Assembly (NCBI GenBank): GCA_964478545.1
Contig: CAYZIS010000013.1
Coordinates: 3,747-67,746 of the forward strand
Reading direction: 5' to 3'
From: an uncultured Thermodesulfobacteriota bacterium
Lineage (GTDB): Bacteria; Desulfobacterota; Anaeroferrophillalia; Anaeroferrophillales; Anaeroferrophillaceae
DNA: 64,000 nt
In this document: piece after piece, positions 51,600-60,900 of the stretch
Layout of the letters: each line of letters opens with the position of its first letter
Numbering within the stretch: the first letter of the stretch is position 1
Notes under the pieces: model-generated
The model's database searches: none
The model's input: only the letters and a program-made list of their open reading frames with translations
Told to the model about the DNA's origin: nothing
Translations under genes and position numbers: made by a program

Positions 51600-52127
51600 A
51601 TGAAAAATCGTATCGAATGGAATGAGAAAATGGGGAAAAGGGGTTTTACCCTGATTGAATTGTTGATCGTGGTGATTATCCTGGCCGTCCTGGCTGCGAT
51701 TGTCATCCCACAGTTCAGCAGTTCCACCAAGGATGCCCAGGAATCGGCGCTGGATACCAACTTGACTGAAATGCGCAATGCGGTGGAATTGTACTATCAC
51801 CAGCATGGCTCAGTCTATCCGGCTTTCGTTGGTGACGGGACCAATGCGGCGGAAACCGAGGCCACCCTCTTGAGCCAGCTTACTCGCTATACTGCTATGG
51901 ACGGGGCTGTCAGTGATACGAAAGATGCCACCAACAAGTATGGTCCATACCTGAAAAAACAGGAATTGCCCACCAACCCCATCGATGGCAATACCAACTG
52001 GGTCTTCAATGCTACTAATAAGGGCAGCCTTGCTGAGCCTGCCGCCGCAACCGCAGCTGGCGGCTGGTGGTATGATACTACCTCGGGGAAACTCATCTGT
52101 AATATCGTCGGGTATGAAAGCCGCTAA
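51600..52127 (+). CDS. Major (pseudo)pilin, GspG-like
   Basis: KRG|FTLIELLIVVIILAVLAAIVIPQF...MRNAVELYYHQHGSVYP. Confidence 0.9.
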   Translation: MKNRIEWNEKMGKRGFTLIELLIVVIILAVLAAIVIPQFSSSTKDAQESALDTNLTEMRNAVELYYHQHGSVYPAFVGDGTNAAETEATLLSQLTRYTAMDGAVSDTKDATNKYGPYLKKQELPTNPIDGNTNWVFNATNKGSLAEPAAATAAGGWWYDTTSGKLICNIVGYESR

Positions 52128-52142
52128 GCGGATAGATGCCTG

Positions 52143-52622
52143 ATGAGACGGGATGGATTTACCCTGATTGAGATTATGGTGGTCGTGGGGATCCTCAGTA
52201 TTGTCGCAATGCTGACGATCCCCACTTTTCATTCTGCCGGGGATGAAAAGAAAGTTGCCGGGGCCGCCCAGGAGATTGCTGATGCCCTGTGCTATGCCAG
52301 GAGCGAGGCCATGAAAATTGGACGGGAGTACCGGGTTGAGCTGGTGACCGCGGCAGAGCAGGTTGAGGTTTTTGACCATCAGGCCGATACTGTGGTCTAT
52401 CATCCAACCAGCAAGCAGCTCTATCGCCTTACCTTCGGTAGCGAGGGCATCTTTGCCGGCGTGGATCTCGAGTCGGTCAATGGCGGAACCGGCAACTTTC
52501 CGCTTGTTTTTACTGCCGACGGCAGGACTTCCACTGACTATGTTATTGCACTGGCCTACGCTGGCTACGAGGTGAAAGTTTTTGTCAACGCGCTTACCGG
52601 CCGGGTGACCACAGGCCCATGA
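52143..52622 (+). CDS. FimT/GspH-like minor pilin
   Basis: DG|FTLIEIMVVVGILSIV...ARSEAMK. Confidence 0.88.
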   Translation: MRRDGFTLIEIMVVVGILSIVAMLTIPTFHSAGDEKKVAGAAQEIADALCYARSEAMKIGREYRVELVTAAEQVEVFDHQADTVVYHPTSKQLYRLTFGSEGIFAGVDLESVNGGTGNFPLVFTADGRTSTDYVIALAYAGYEVKVFVNALTGRVTTGP

Positions 52623-52643
52623 GGAAATGGCAGGGAATGGATC

Positions 52644-53141
52644 ATGGGGAAACTTCAGGGCTATAGCCGCCGGGGACTGGCATTGCCAGCCGGGGATCGG
52701 GGTTTTTCCTATGTGGAAATACTGGTGGCAATAGTTCTGATCGCTGTCTGCCTTATCCCCGCCCTGAAATCCCTGAGCCCGGCATTTTTTGGCATTATGG
52801 AACGGGAGAAACTGGGCAGTAATTACTTGGCTGTTCGTTCAAAGTTGGAGGAGGTTCTGGCAGCTTCCTATAGAGATTTGGAGATCGCCGCCCAGGACGC
52901 TGGTGGTCCACTGGTGCCGTCCAGTCTTTCTGAACCTGCCTATATGACTTCGGATGGCCGACAGATCGTCCTGCAGGTGTATCTCTCCGGCTATGATGCA
53001 GATAATGACGATGGGGACAATGATCATTTTACCGGCACCAATCAGGGCATCCTCTGGGTCAAGGTGCAGGTGGATGGTTCGCCCGAGAGCCTGGAAACTC
53101 TCACCAGCATGTACGAGCAGGAAGGAAGTTTTAAACCATGA
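52644..53141 (+). CDS. PilV/GspI-like minor pilin
   Basis: RG|FSYVEILVAIVLIAV; contains a DADNDDGD loop. Confidence 0.8.
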   Translation: MGKLQGYSRRGLALPAGDRGFSYVEILVAIVLIAVCLIPALKSLSPAFFGIMEREKLGSNYLAVRSKLEEVLAASYRDLEIAAQDAGGPLVPSSLSEPAYMTSDGRQIVLQVYLSGYDADNDDGDNDHFTGTNQGILWVKVQVDGSPESLETLTSMYEQEGSFKP

Positions 53142-54325
53142 GAGCGATCACTCATCTTTTCAGCAACTGGAATATTCTCCAGTATGGCAATCCCGAGATA
53201 GATGACTATGCCAAGGGTCTGCTGGTGCTGGAAACCCGCCAGGGACTGTTTTCCTTGAGTCTGATCCTGGTTTTTCTGCTTGGTAGCGCCGCTATCATAA
53301 GCATTGCCCTCCATATGGACAGCTTTTATCTGCTGACCTATACCCCGCTGGCAGCCCTCTGCCTGCATATTTTACTCTCTTCATATCGGATCGACAGCAT
53401 CGAAGCCCAGCAGCTCCTGGCCATTGTTCTCCTGGTAGTCTGCAGCACAGCCTTTGTCCTCCTGGCCCACAAGACTGGCAAGTTCAGCCTGCCGGTGCTG
53501 GCTGGCATTGCCCTGCTTTTTACGGTTGTACCTCTTATGCCCTGGGGACTGCGGGAGGCCAGTGCGGCCTGCTCCCTTATTTATCTGGTGTTTACCTTGT
53601 CAACCTTAAGTGTCAGGGGACGTTTCGATTATGAAATTCTTTTGCTGCTGCAGTTTTTCATGATTAGTGCCGCTCTTATCTCCCTGACGGTTGTTTCCCG
53701 GAACAGCAGCGTTCGTCGCAAAGAAATTATCAGCATGTACAATCTCGAAAATGCCCATGCCAAGATGGCGAAACTTTCTTACCAGGATCCGCTGACCGGT
53801 GCCTGGAACCGCCGTTACCTGACGGAAAATTTTCGTTCCCAAGTGGCGAAATATCAGCGGGGTGGCAAACATTTTTCTTTCATCCTGGTTGATTTTAATA
53901 ATTTTAAATTGCTCAATGATACCTATGGCCATGATTACGGGGATATGGTGCTGCGGCATTTTTGCCAGGCGATAATGGAGAACCTGGCCCCGGATGATGT
54001 GCTGGTCCGTATGGGTGGGGATGAATTTGCGCTTATGATTGCCGCCGAACCCCGAAAGCGCCTTGCCGACGGCATCGGGCTTTTCAAAAAACGTCTGCAG
54101 GGGGAAACCGCTACCGGTGTCAATGAAGTGACGGTAACCTGCGGCTTGTTGAGCGTCTCCCCTGAACCTGATTCGGTTTTTAAGGATATTTACCAGGCGG
54201 CGGATAAGGCTATGTATCAAGGCAAAGGGGTCAAAAAGAACCAGATTATTGAAGTAGACAAGACTACTTCCGGGAGCTACATTATCGTTGATCTTGATGC
54301 GGAAATGACAGGAACAGAGAAATGA
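53138..54325 (+). CDS. Multi-TM GGDEF diguanylate cyclase without an RxxD I-site
   Basis: About 6 TM helices, DPLTGAWNRR, APDDVLVRMGGDEF; overlaps its neighbours by ATGA. Confidence 0.92.
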   Translation: MRAITHLFSNWNILQYGNPEIDDYAKGLLVLETRQGLFSLSLILVFLLGSAAIISIALHMDSFYLLTYTPLAALCLHILLSSYRIDSIEAQQLLAIVLLVVCSTAFVLLAHKTGKFSLPVLAGIALLFTVVPLMPWGLREASAACSLIYLVFTLSTLSVRGRFDYEILLLLQFFMISAALISLTVVSRNSSVRRKEIISMYNLENAHAKMAKLSYQDPLTGAWNRRYLTENFRSQVAKYQRGGKHFSFILVDFNNFKLLNDTYGHDYGDMVLRHFCQAIMENLAPDDVLVRMGGDEFALMIAAEPRKRLADGIGLFKKRLQGETATGVNEVTVTCGLLSVSPEPDSVFKDIYQAADKAMYQGKGVKKNQIIEVDKTTSGSYIIVDLDAEMTGTEK

Positions 54326-55458
54326 AATTTTCGGGTAGTATTTTAAATGGGAGTCTTGCCCGGGGTCGCGGAAATGGTCCGGGTCCCATCGGTTTTGATC
54401 TGGCGGCGGAAAAACTGAACTTGCTGCAGGTTGAGCGAGATGATGGCGGAGTGTTTGTGCGGGCTGCGGCGTCTGTTCCCTATCCTGATACCTGTGAAGA
54501 ACTGATTGCATCCCCCAAGGCCCTGCGCAAATTTGTTCTCGGCGCACTTAAATTAAAGCCTTTTAAAGGCAGGAACATTGTTACCTGCATGCCGAAAAAC
54601 AGTACAAAAATTTTCAACCTTAAATACCATCACCATCCACATGAAGATAATCTTGGGGCCATTATCGCCGGGGTGAAGGAGAAAATAGTCGGCGAGGTGG
54701 AAGATTATGTGATTGATTATCTGCCGACCCGTTATGAGAAAAAAACGGCAGATGAGCACTCCATCCTGGTGGCGGCGGCCAGGCGGGATGAAATCATCTC
54801 CTACCTGGAGCTGCTGCATGGAATAAGCCTTCAGGTCGATGCCATAGATATCGGGCCTTCGGCCCTGCGGCGCCTGGTCGCTCTGATGAATCCCGGTGAA
54901 GACTATCCATATGTATTATTGATCAACTTTGGCAGAAAAAAGACTTATTTGACCGTGACCACCGGGCTGCGTCTGATGATGGACCGCGAGGTTGATTTTG
55001 GCGAGCAGCTGCTGGTAGCCGAGTTGTGCCGGGCCCTGGACATCCCCGAAGAAAAAGCGCTCCATTTTCTCTACCATTACGGCATTGATTGGGATGTCAA
55101 CGCCAAGCAGGAGCAAAGGGATGATCAGAAGGCAAAAGAGATAATTTCGACGATTACCGAAATCCTGACTCCGGTTTTTATGAAGTTTGTTGTTGAGGTG
55201 AACAAGGTCCTTATCTACACGGCTTCTGAGACCAGGGGCGGGGCAATTAAAAAGATCTACCTGCTTGGCAGTGTAGCCCGTTATCCCATGGCGGCTTCAT
55301 TCCTTGCCAAGATGTTTACCATTTCGGTTGAAGTCCTGAATCCATTTTCAGAATTTTCATCCCGCAGTGACAGTGCCATTCCTGCCGACCTGGATCCCAT
55401 TGCCGGGATTGCTTTGGCCACCGGTTTTGCCCTGAGAGGGATGTATGACTATGCGTGA
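54322..55458 (+). CDS. pilM: PilM-type actin-like alignment protein
   Basis: IGFDLAAEKLNL, YVIDYL, AIDIGPSAL, LINFGRKKT, IYLLGSVA, ALATGFALRG. Confidence 0.85.
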   Translation: MKFSGSILNGSLARGRGNGPGPIGFDLAAEKLNLLQVERDDGGVFVRAAASVPYPDTCEELIASPKALRKFVLGALKLKPFKGRNIVTCMPKNSTKIFNLKYHHHPHEDNLGAIIAGVKEKIVGEVEDYVIDYLPTRYEKKTADEHSILVAAARRDEIISYLELLHGISLQVDAIDIGPSALRRLVALMNPGEDYPYVLLINFGRKKTYLTVTTGLRLMMDREVDFGEQLLVAELCRALDIPEEKALHFLYHYGIDWDVNAKQEQRDDQKAKEIISTITEILTPVFMKFVVEVNKVLIYTASETRGGAIKKIYLLGSVARYPMAASFLAKMFTISVEVLNPFSEFSSRSDSAIPADLDPIAGIALATGFALRGMYDYA

Positions 55459-56110
55459 AATTGATCTGGTTCCTGATGACTATCGGCAGTCACTGGGCCT
55501 CCGGCGAGTGCTGACTCAGTTTATCGCTGTTTTTTTCTGTCTGGTCCTGATTGTTGCCGGTGGTCGTTTGTGGCTTGGACAATTGATGCGCTCAGAGAAA
55601 AGGATGGTTGAGAAACTGGGGGTTAGTGAGAGTGCCCTCCTGAACAAACAGAAAAGCATAGCCGATCTGCGGGAACAAAAAAGAGGTTTAACCGAACGGC
55701 TGGCGGTTCTGGATATGCTGCGTGGCGGCCCCCAGGCCGTCCGCTTATTTGAAGTTGTGGATCGATCTATCAACCCGTCAATCTGGTTTGACGACTGGAA
55801 GTTTGTCCGGGAAGCGAAAAAAACGGAAAAAAAACCGCATGGCCAGCTCCAGGCAGGATATTTTATCGTTATTCCGGCGGAAAAAAAACAGGGGAGTGGG
55901 GGTGAAGTCTGGCGGAAGAACATGCATATGGATATCTCCGGGCAGGCGCTCAACCATGCCTCACTGGCTGATTTCGTCCGCAAGCTGCTGGTCCAGCCGG
56001 AAATTGATGACGTCAAGGTGATTTCAACCTTAACCCGCCAGTATCAGGGGGCTGAAGTCATCAATTATGATCTGGTGGTGCTGGTCCATCCCAAAAGGAA
56101 GAAATTGTGA
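55445..56110 (+). CDS. pilN: PilN domain protein
   Basis: MREIDLVP N-terminus, TM, coiled coil, ISGQA. Confidence 0.8.
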   Translation: MTMREIDLVPDDYRQSLGLRRVLTQFIAVFFCLVLIVAGGRLWLGQLMRSEKRMVEKLGVSESALLNKQKSIADLREQKRGLTERLAVLDMLRGGPQAVRLFEVVDRSINPSIWFDDWKFVREAKKTEKKPHGQLQAGYFIVIPAEKKQGSGGEVWRKNMHMDISGQALNHASLADFVRKLLVQPEIDDVKVISTLTRQYQGAEVINYDLVVLVHPKRKKL

Positions 56111-56667
56111 TTGATCATCTGTTGAAACGGGGAATTCCTCCGAGGATCATGTATCTTGTTCTGGTTTCTATTGTCCTGCTTACCGGTTTGGCTTCCTATC
56201 TCTATCTCTATAAAAAACCCCTGGCCGAGTATGACAGGCTGAAACATAATCATATCCTCCTGCAGGGTAAGACGGGAAACAAGTCCCAGGTGCAGGCGGA
56301 TCTTGATCGGCTTACAAAAGAAATACAGGGCATTCGGCAGGAGCTTCAGGGCGATACCCCTGCATTGTCAGTGAATGCCCTGGTTGCCTATGCCATTGAA
56401 AAGATTGACGTCATTTCCGACCGGCATCAGGTTCAATTTGTCAGTGTCAAACCCGGAACCGGCAATCGGGTGTTCCAGTTTGAAGAGATTCCTTTTGTGG
56501 TTGAAGTAGCCGGGGATTATTTCAGCCTCTACGGATGGCTGTATGATCTTGAGAAGGAATTGGGTCCCATGGTGGTAAAAGAGTATGAGCTGAAGCCAGA
56601 TAACCGGACGAAAAAACTGACGATGAAACTGGAGATAGCTTCCTATCGACCGGTGGAGATGAAATGA
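56107..56667 (+). CDS. pilO: PilO-type protein
   Basis: TM, coiled coil, EIPFVVEVAGDYFSLYGWLYDLE. Confidence 0.8.
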   Translation: MIDHLLKRGIPPRIMYLVLVSIVLLTGLASYLYLYKKPLAEYDRLKHNHILLQGKTGNKSQVQADLDRLTKEIQGIRQELQGDTPALSVNALVAYAIEKIDVISDRHQVQFVSVKPGTGNRVFQFEEIPFVVEVAGDYFSLYGWLYDLEKELGPMVVKEYELKPDNRTKKLTMKLEIASYRPVEMK

Positions 56668-57032
56668 TGGCAAAACTTATCAGCAGTATCCTGCTGGCGG
56701 CCAGCCTTTTTATTGCCATACCGGCTTTTTCCACCGAGGTGGGGATGCCGTTGCACCTAAGCCGGGATCCTTTCGCCCACCCGGTGTTGGTACAAGTTTC
56801 TGCACCATCACCACCAACGGTGGTGAAGGTTGATGACGCAGATGTCTGGAAGGAGAAAATCCATCTGCAGGCCATTATGATTACCCGTAAGTGGACGATT
56901 GCCAACGTTAATGGGAAGCTGCTCACTCCCGGGGAGAGCGTTGAGGGGTATAAGCTGGTCAAGGTGATGGAACGAAAGGTTCTGTTCAGGAAGGATGGCA
57001 GAGATATCCTGGTGAGGATGGATAATGAGTGA
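56664..57032 (+). CDS. PilP/MshK-like small exported protein
   Basis: Signal peptide, RDPF, LQAIMI...ANVNGKLLTPGESVEGYKLVKV. Confidence 0.7.
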   Translation: MMAKLISSILLAASLFIAIPAFSTEVGMPLHLSRDPFAHPVLVQVSAPSPPTVVKVDDADVWKEKIHLQAIMITRKWTIANVNGKLLTPGESVEGYKLVKVMERKVLFRKDGRDILVRMDNE

Positions 57033-57148
57033 ATAAAAACAGTGAAAAAATGGTGCGAGGTTTGGGGGGAAATCATCAATAGACTTTTTGTCTGAATCTG
57101 GCAAGCTTGTCATTATCAGGATGAATCCGGCAATCGGGTAAAAAATGC

Positions 57149-57175
57149 TAAACATAGTCCGGTTTATGCCGATGA
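57149..57175 (+). promoter_or_regulatory. sigma-28-like promoter of the GH153-secretin gene
   Basis: TAAA-N15-GCCGATGA. Confidence 0.65.
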
Positions 57176-57302
57176 GATTGTTATGGTATGTGAAAAAGTA
57201 TCAGAATTACTAAACTTTTCACTCAATTGCTTTTCCGGATGGTTTCATGTGCCGGCTGAATGGTGTCCGGAATAAAAAGTTGTTTTGTTACTGTGGACTG
57301 AG

Positions 57303-59792
57303 ATGAAACTGAAATTGACACTAAGATTTGTGCTGTTGACCATCTGTATCTGGGGATGTATTGATTCCCTGGTGATTTCGGCTGGCTATGCCCGAGCCGA
57401 TGACCAGGTGATCGGGGCCCAGATTTCAGTGCTTGAACAGAAGACGCCGGCAGAGCTGCAGAGCTTTTTTGCTCGGCTGCGGAACAGCGGTTTCAATACC
57501 GTCGTTCTGAGGGTGTTTCACAACCGCTGTGACCGCTATCACCGGTTTGATCATTCAACGAGCACAACACCGCCGAAAGAAGGGGTCTATTTCCAAACCT
57601 CCCAGGTGCCGGTGGTCAACAACCTGCTGCCTGATGTCTGTCGTGCGGCCCATGCCGAAGGATTGCGGATTTTCGCCTGGATGACGACCCTGCAGGCTAA
57701 TTACAGTTACCGTGATTTGCCCCGGGTCTACGCTTACGATTTTCTCCACAACCGTTATCAGCAAACCGGTGCTCTTGATCCAGCGGCTGAAAAAAACCGG
57801 CAGTTTCTGACGGCGTTATACCGTGACCTGGCTGCCAATCCCATTGACGGCATTCTCTTCCAGGATGACCTCCAGCTCAAACATGCCGAGGGGTTCCATC
57901 GCGATCCAGCTGGCAAGTCATTTGTCCCCAACGGGGAAACGCTGTATCGTTATGGTGAGGAGGGGAAGCGGATTACTGATTATCGACCGGCCTTCTGGAA
58001 GTGGAATGAACAAAAAGCATCTTCTCTCCAGTGCCTGGCTAATTCCATTATGGAGGCCTGCCGGCAGGTGAAACCTGGCTTGCGGTTTGCTCAGAATATT
58101 CATTATGAACTTTTGCTGAAACCGCGCTGGGGTCGGGCTTGGTTCTCCCAGACGCCTGAGTCGCTGGTTTCTTCAGCCGCCAATTATTTTTTTGTCATGT
58201 CTTTTCAGCGGCAAATCCGTCAGGAACTTGACGTTGTTTCGGATAAGGAACTTGATGAAGTCATGAACCGGATGTTTTGTTCCAACCCGCTTTTGGACCA
58301 GAACCAGCATCAGCTGATTTTCAAACTTCAGGTGACAGACTGGCAGAGCGGTGAACCTGAATCACCCAAACGAATGGCCCGGATGCTCCGCCTGTTGAAA
58401 CAGTCAAATCATCTATCGGCGATCATGACCCCCTATAATAAAAATTATTTTGCCCGGGAAATAGGAAGTTTTGCCGCTCGGAAAGAGGTTGTCGTTACTC
58501 CCGCAGCAATGCCGGCGGCAGACGTTCATCCCGTCGTTGTCAAGCCTTCCCGGAAACCTGCTAAAGCCAGTTCTGCTCCGGCAAAAGAGAAGAAGAACCT
58601 GGTTACCATGACTTTTCGTGATACTGATATAGCTGAAGTTTTTGAGATGTTGGCAAAAGGATATCGGGTTAACATCCTTATGGGTAAAGGGGTGGATGGT
58701 GATGTCTCATGCAGCCTTTATGATATGAAACTGGATGATGCCATCTACACCATTGCCGAGGCGGTGGGCTGTGGGGTTGAAATGGTAGAGGGTAGCTATC
58801 TGATTCTTCCCAAGGATCAGCTCAGCGGCTTGGGCGAGGGCCGTCGGGGTGTTGAACTATTGACCTATAAATCGCAATTCGTGGCTCCTGACAATCTCAA
58901 GGAGGCACTCACTGATCATGTTACCAAAAATGCTAAAATTACCATTGTTAAAGAAAACAATATGCTGGTAGTTCAGGATACCAAAGAATCCATTTCCCGC
59001 ATTAAACAACTTTTGAAAGACCTTGACCGGCAGCCGGCCCAGGTCCTGATCGAGGCTAAAATTCTGGAGATAACTCTTGATAATTCCGAGACGTTCGGCT
59101 TAGATTGGAAACGGTTGTTTACCGTGGGAGGAGCTGATGCCACTATTGGCCTCCAGGGGTTTGCCAACCGGACTGCGACCGGTTTTGTGGCCAGCCTGTT
59201 TGACAGTAAAAAAATTGATATTGTTCTGAATGCCCTGAGCACCAAGGGCAGGTTGCAGACCCTTTCCACCCCAACACTTCTGGCGTTGGAAAACCAGGAA
59301 GCTGAAGTGATGATTGGCGGCCGGCAGGGTTACAAAGTAACCACTACCATAAATCAGGTAACCTCGGAAAGTATTGAATTCCTTGATTCCGGCGTCATCC
59401 TCAAGGTAACGTCATCCATCGATAACCAGGGACGAGTACAGATGCACATTCATCCGGAGGTGAGCACTGGTTCCTTCCAGGATGGCATTCCTTCCCAGAA
59501 CACCACCCTGGTGACCACCGATCTCCTGGCTGATGATGGCCAGACAATCTTTATCGGCGGCTTGATCAGAGAAAAGACTTATCATTCAAAACAGGGGATT
59601 CCAATACTTGGTGATATCCCCCTGGTGGGCAGGGTATTTTCCAGTACTGAAGAGACCCTTGGCAAAAGTGAAACCATTATCCTGATTACTCCTCATGTTA
59701 TCAGCAATGGATATGCTGGAGCCAATCAGAATGAAGTGCGAAAGGCGGCTGAAGTGGAAGATGAGATAGCGATGAGAAGCCCGAAGAGATGA
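57303..59792 (+). CDS. Secretin (GspD/PilQ/MshL-like) N-terminally fused to a PgaB-like GH153/GHL13 glycoside hydrolase domain
   Basis: Signal peptide; GFNTVVLRVF, GVYFQT..PV, GLRIFAWMTTL, PIDGILFQDD, WFSQ; Pro/Ala/Lys linker; VTMTFRDTDIAEVF, QVLIEAKILE, LENQEAEV, GIPILGDIPLVGRVF. Confidence 0.88.
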   Translation: MKLKLTLRFVLLTICIWGCIDSLVISAGYARADDQVIGAQISVLEQKTPAELQSFFARLRNSGFNTVVLRVFHNRCDRYHRFDHSTSTTPPKEGVYFQTSQVPVVNNLLPDVCRAAHAEGLRIFAWMTTLQANYSYRDLPRVYAYDFLHNRYQQTGALDPAAEKNRQFLTALYRDLAANPIDGILFQDDLQLKHAEGFHRDPAGKSFVPNGETLYRYGEEGKRITDYRPAFWKWNEQKASSLQCLANSIMEACRQVKPGLRFAQNIHYELLLKPRWGRAWFSQTPESLVSSAANYFFVMSFQRQIRQELDVVSDKELDEVMNRMFCSNPLLDQNQHQLIFKLQVTDWQSGEPESPKRMARMLRLLKQSNHLSAIMTPYNKNYFAREIGSFAARKEVVVTPAAMPAADVHPVVVKPSRKPAKASSAPAKEKKNLVTMTFRDTDIAEVFEMLAKGYRVNILMGKGVDGDVSCSLYDMKLDDAIYTIAEAVGCGVEMVEGSYLILPKDQLSGLGEGRRGVELLTYKSQFVAPDNLKEALTDHVTKNAKITIVKENNMLVVQDTKESISRIKQLLKDLDRQPAQVLIEAKILEITLDNSETFGLDWKRLFTVGGADATIGLQGFANRTATGFVASLFDSKKIDIVLNALSTKGRLQTLSTPTLLALENQEAEVMIGGRQGYKVTTTINQVTSESIEFLDSGVILKVTSSIDNQGRVQMHIHPEVSTGSFQDGIPSQNTTLVTTDLLADDGQTIFIGGLIREKTYHSKQGIPILGDIPLVGRVFSSTEETLGKSETIILITPHVISNGYAGANQNEVRKAAEVEDEIAMRSPKR

Positions 59793-60003
59793 AGATTCTC
59801 TGCCTGAAATATGTCTTTTGTTCAAAAATCCATCCCGGTTCAAGAAAAAATCATTAGCGATTATCCAAAAAGTGTACCGGACATTAGTATCCAGGCATAG
59901 CAAGATGACGACCGGGCAATGTCTGGAAGCCGACGAAATCAGACTGAAAAGCTGCTTGACAGCTTTGTGGTTTTATTGCTAATAGCAGTTGCAGAAAATT
60001 ATC

Positions 60004-60090
60004 GCCGGAGTGGTGAAATTGGTAGACGCACGGGACTCAAAATCCCGCGGGGGCGACCCCGTCTCGGTTCGATTCCGAGCTTCGGCACCA
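60004..60090 (+). tRNA. tRNA-Leu(CAA)
   Basis: GCCGGAG acceptor stem, TGGTAGAC D-arm, CGGGA-CTCAAAA-TCCCG anticodon arm, long variable arm, GGTTCGATTCC, encoded CCA. Confidence 0.97.
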
Positions 60091-60099
60091 TTAATATCA

Positions 60100-60900
60100 A
60101 GGGGTTACAGTGTGATATCTGTAACCCCTTTTTTAATATTTTCTTTGCCTGTGTAATTACGGCAAAAAATATCAATTTCTTATCAGTTGATTGACCGGTA
60201 CCTTTATACCTTTTTCCCAGTACATCCATTGCCGATTGAATATGTTTTCCGTTCTGGTGGCTGTATCGTGCAACCATTTGCAAAGTTTTGTGACCTGAAA
60301 TTCTTTGCACTGTTGGGAGGTCAATACCAGCCTGGACAAGATGAGTGATGGCTGTATGTCGTAAAGTGTGCGGGACAATTTGCTTCGGATCAAGATCGGC
60401 AGCCTTAACCACTTCCCTGAAGGCGTATTCTGGCCATTTGATATGACCACATCTTGATCGAGATGATGGCAACAGCCACTCTTGCTTGGCATCTGCTGCC
60501 TTGAGATATTCTGCAAGATATTCAGCCAGATTTTTTTATTGGTTGCTCGTGTGTTCCTGCCTTGGCATGTGGGATGTAAATAACTCGACGCTGTAAATCA
60601 ATATTTTCAATCCTAACGGAAAGGATCTCAAACTTTCGCATGGATGTTGCCAGGGCGATTTTGATAAAGGGGTAAATGAAAGGGGCTTGATGTTCTGATG
60701 CTGCCCTCAGTAGTTTTGACACTTGGGGAGTTGTGAGATAAATAATCCTTCCACTATCTTCTTTCAGCCTATTAATTTTGGCTGGATGGTGATTGATCCA
60801 CTTCCATTCTACAGACTTAGAAAAGAGATGTGACAGCGCGGCCAACTCTCTGTTGACCGTACTGTTTGTGGGCCTTCTTCCTTATGCAGAAAAAATATGG
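60100..60900 (-). pseudogene. Frameshifted tyrosine integrase oriented toward tRNA-Leu
   Basis: Pieces in different frames: NSTVNRELAALSHLF, ALATSMRKFEIL, HTLRHTAITHL...GHKT...ARY. Confidence 0.85.

Noticed and set aside
53606-54547. 313-aa minus-strand ORF (likewise 48388-49224, 43634-44182, 15878-16552 and similar)
   Set aside because: Antisense to well-supported genes, no recognisable motifs, and expected in GC-rich coding DNA.
59999-60100. Integrase C-terminal tail (VPKLGIEPRRGRPRGILSPVRLP)
   Set aside because: This is simply the antisense reading of tRNA-Leu, not a protein feature.
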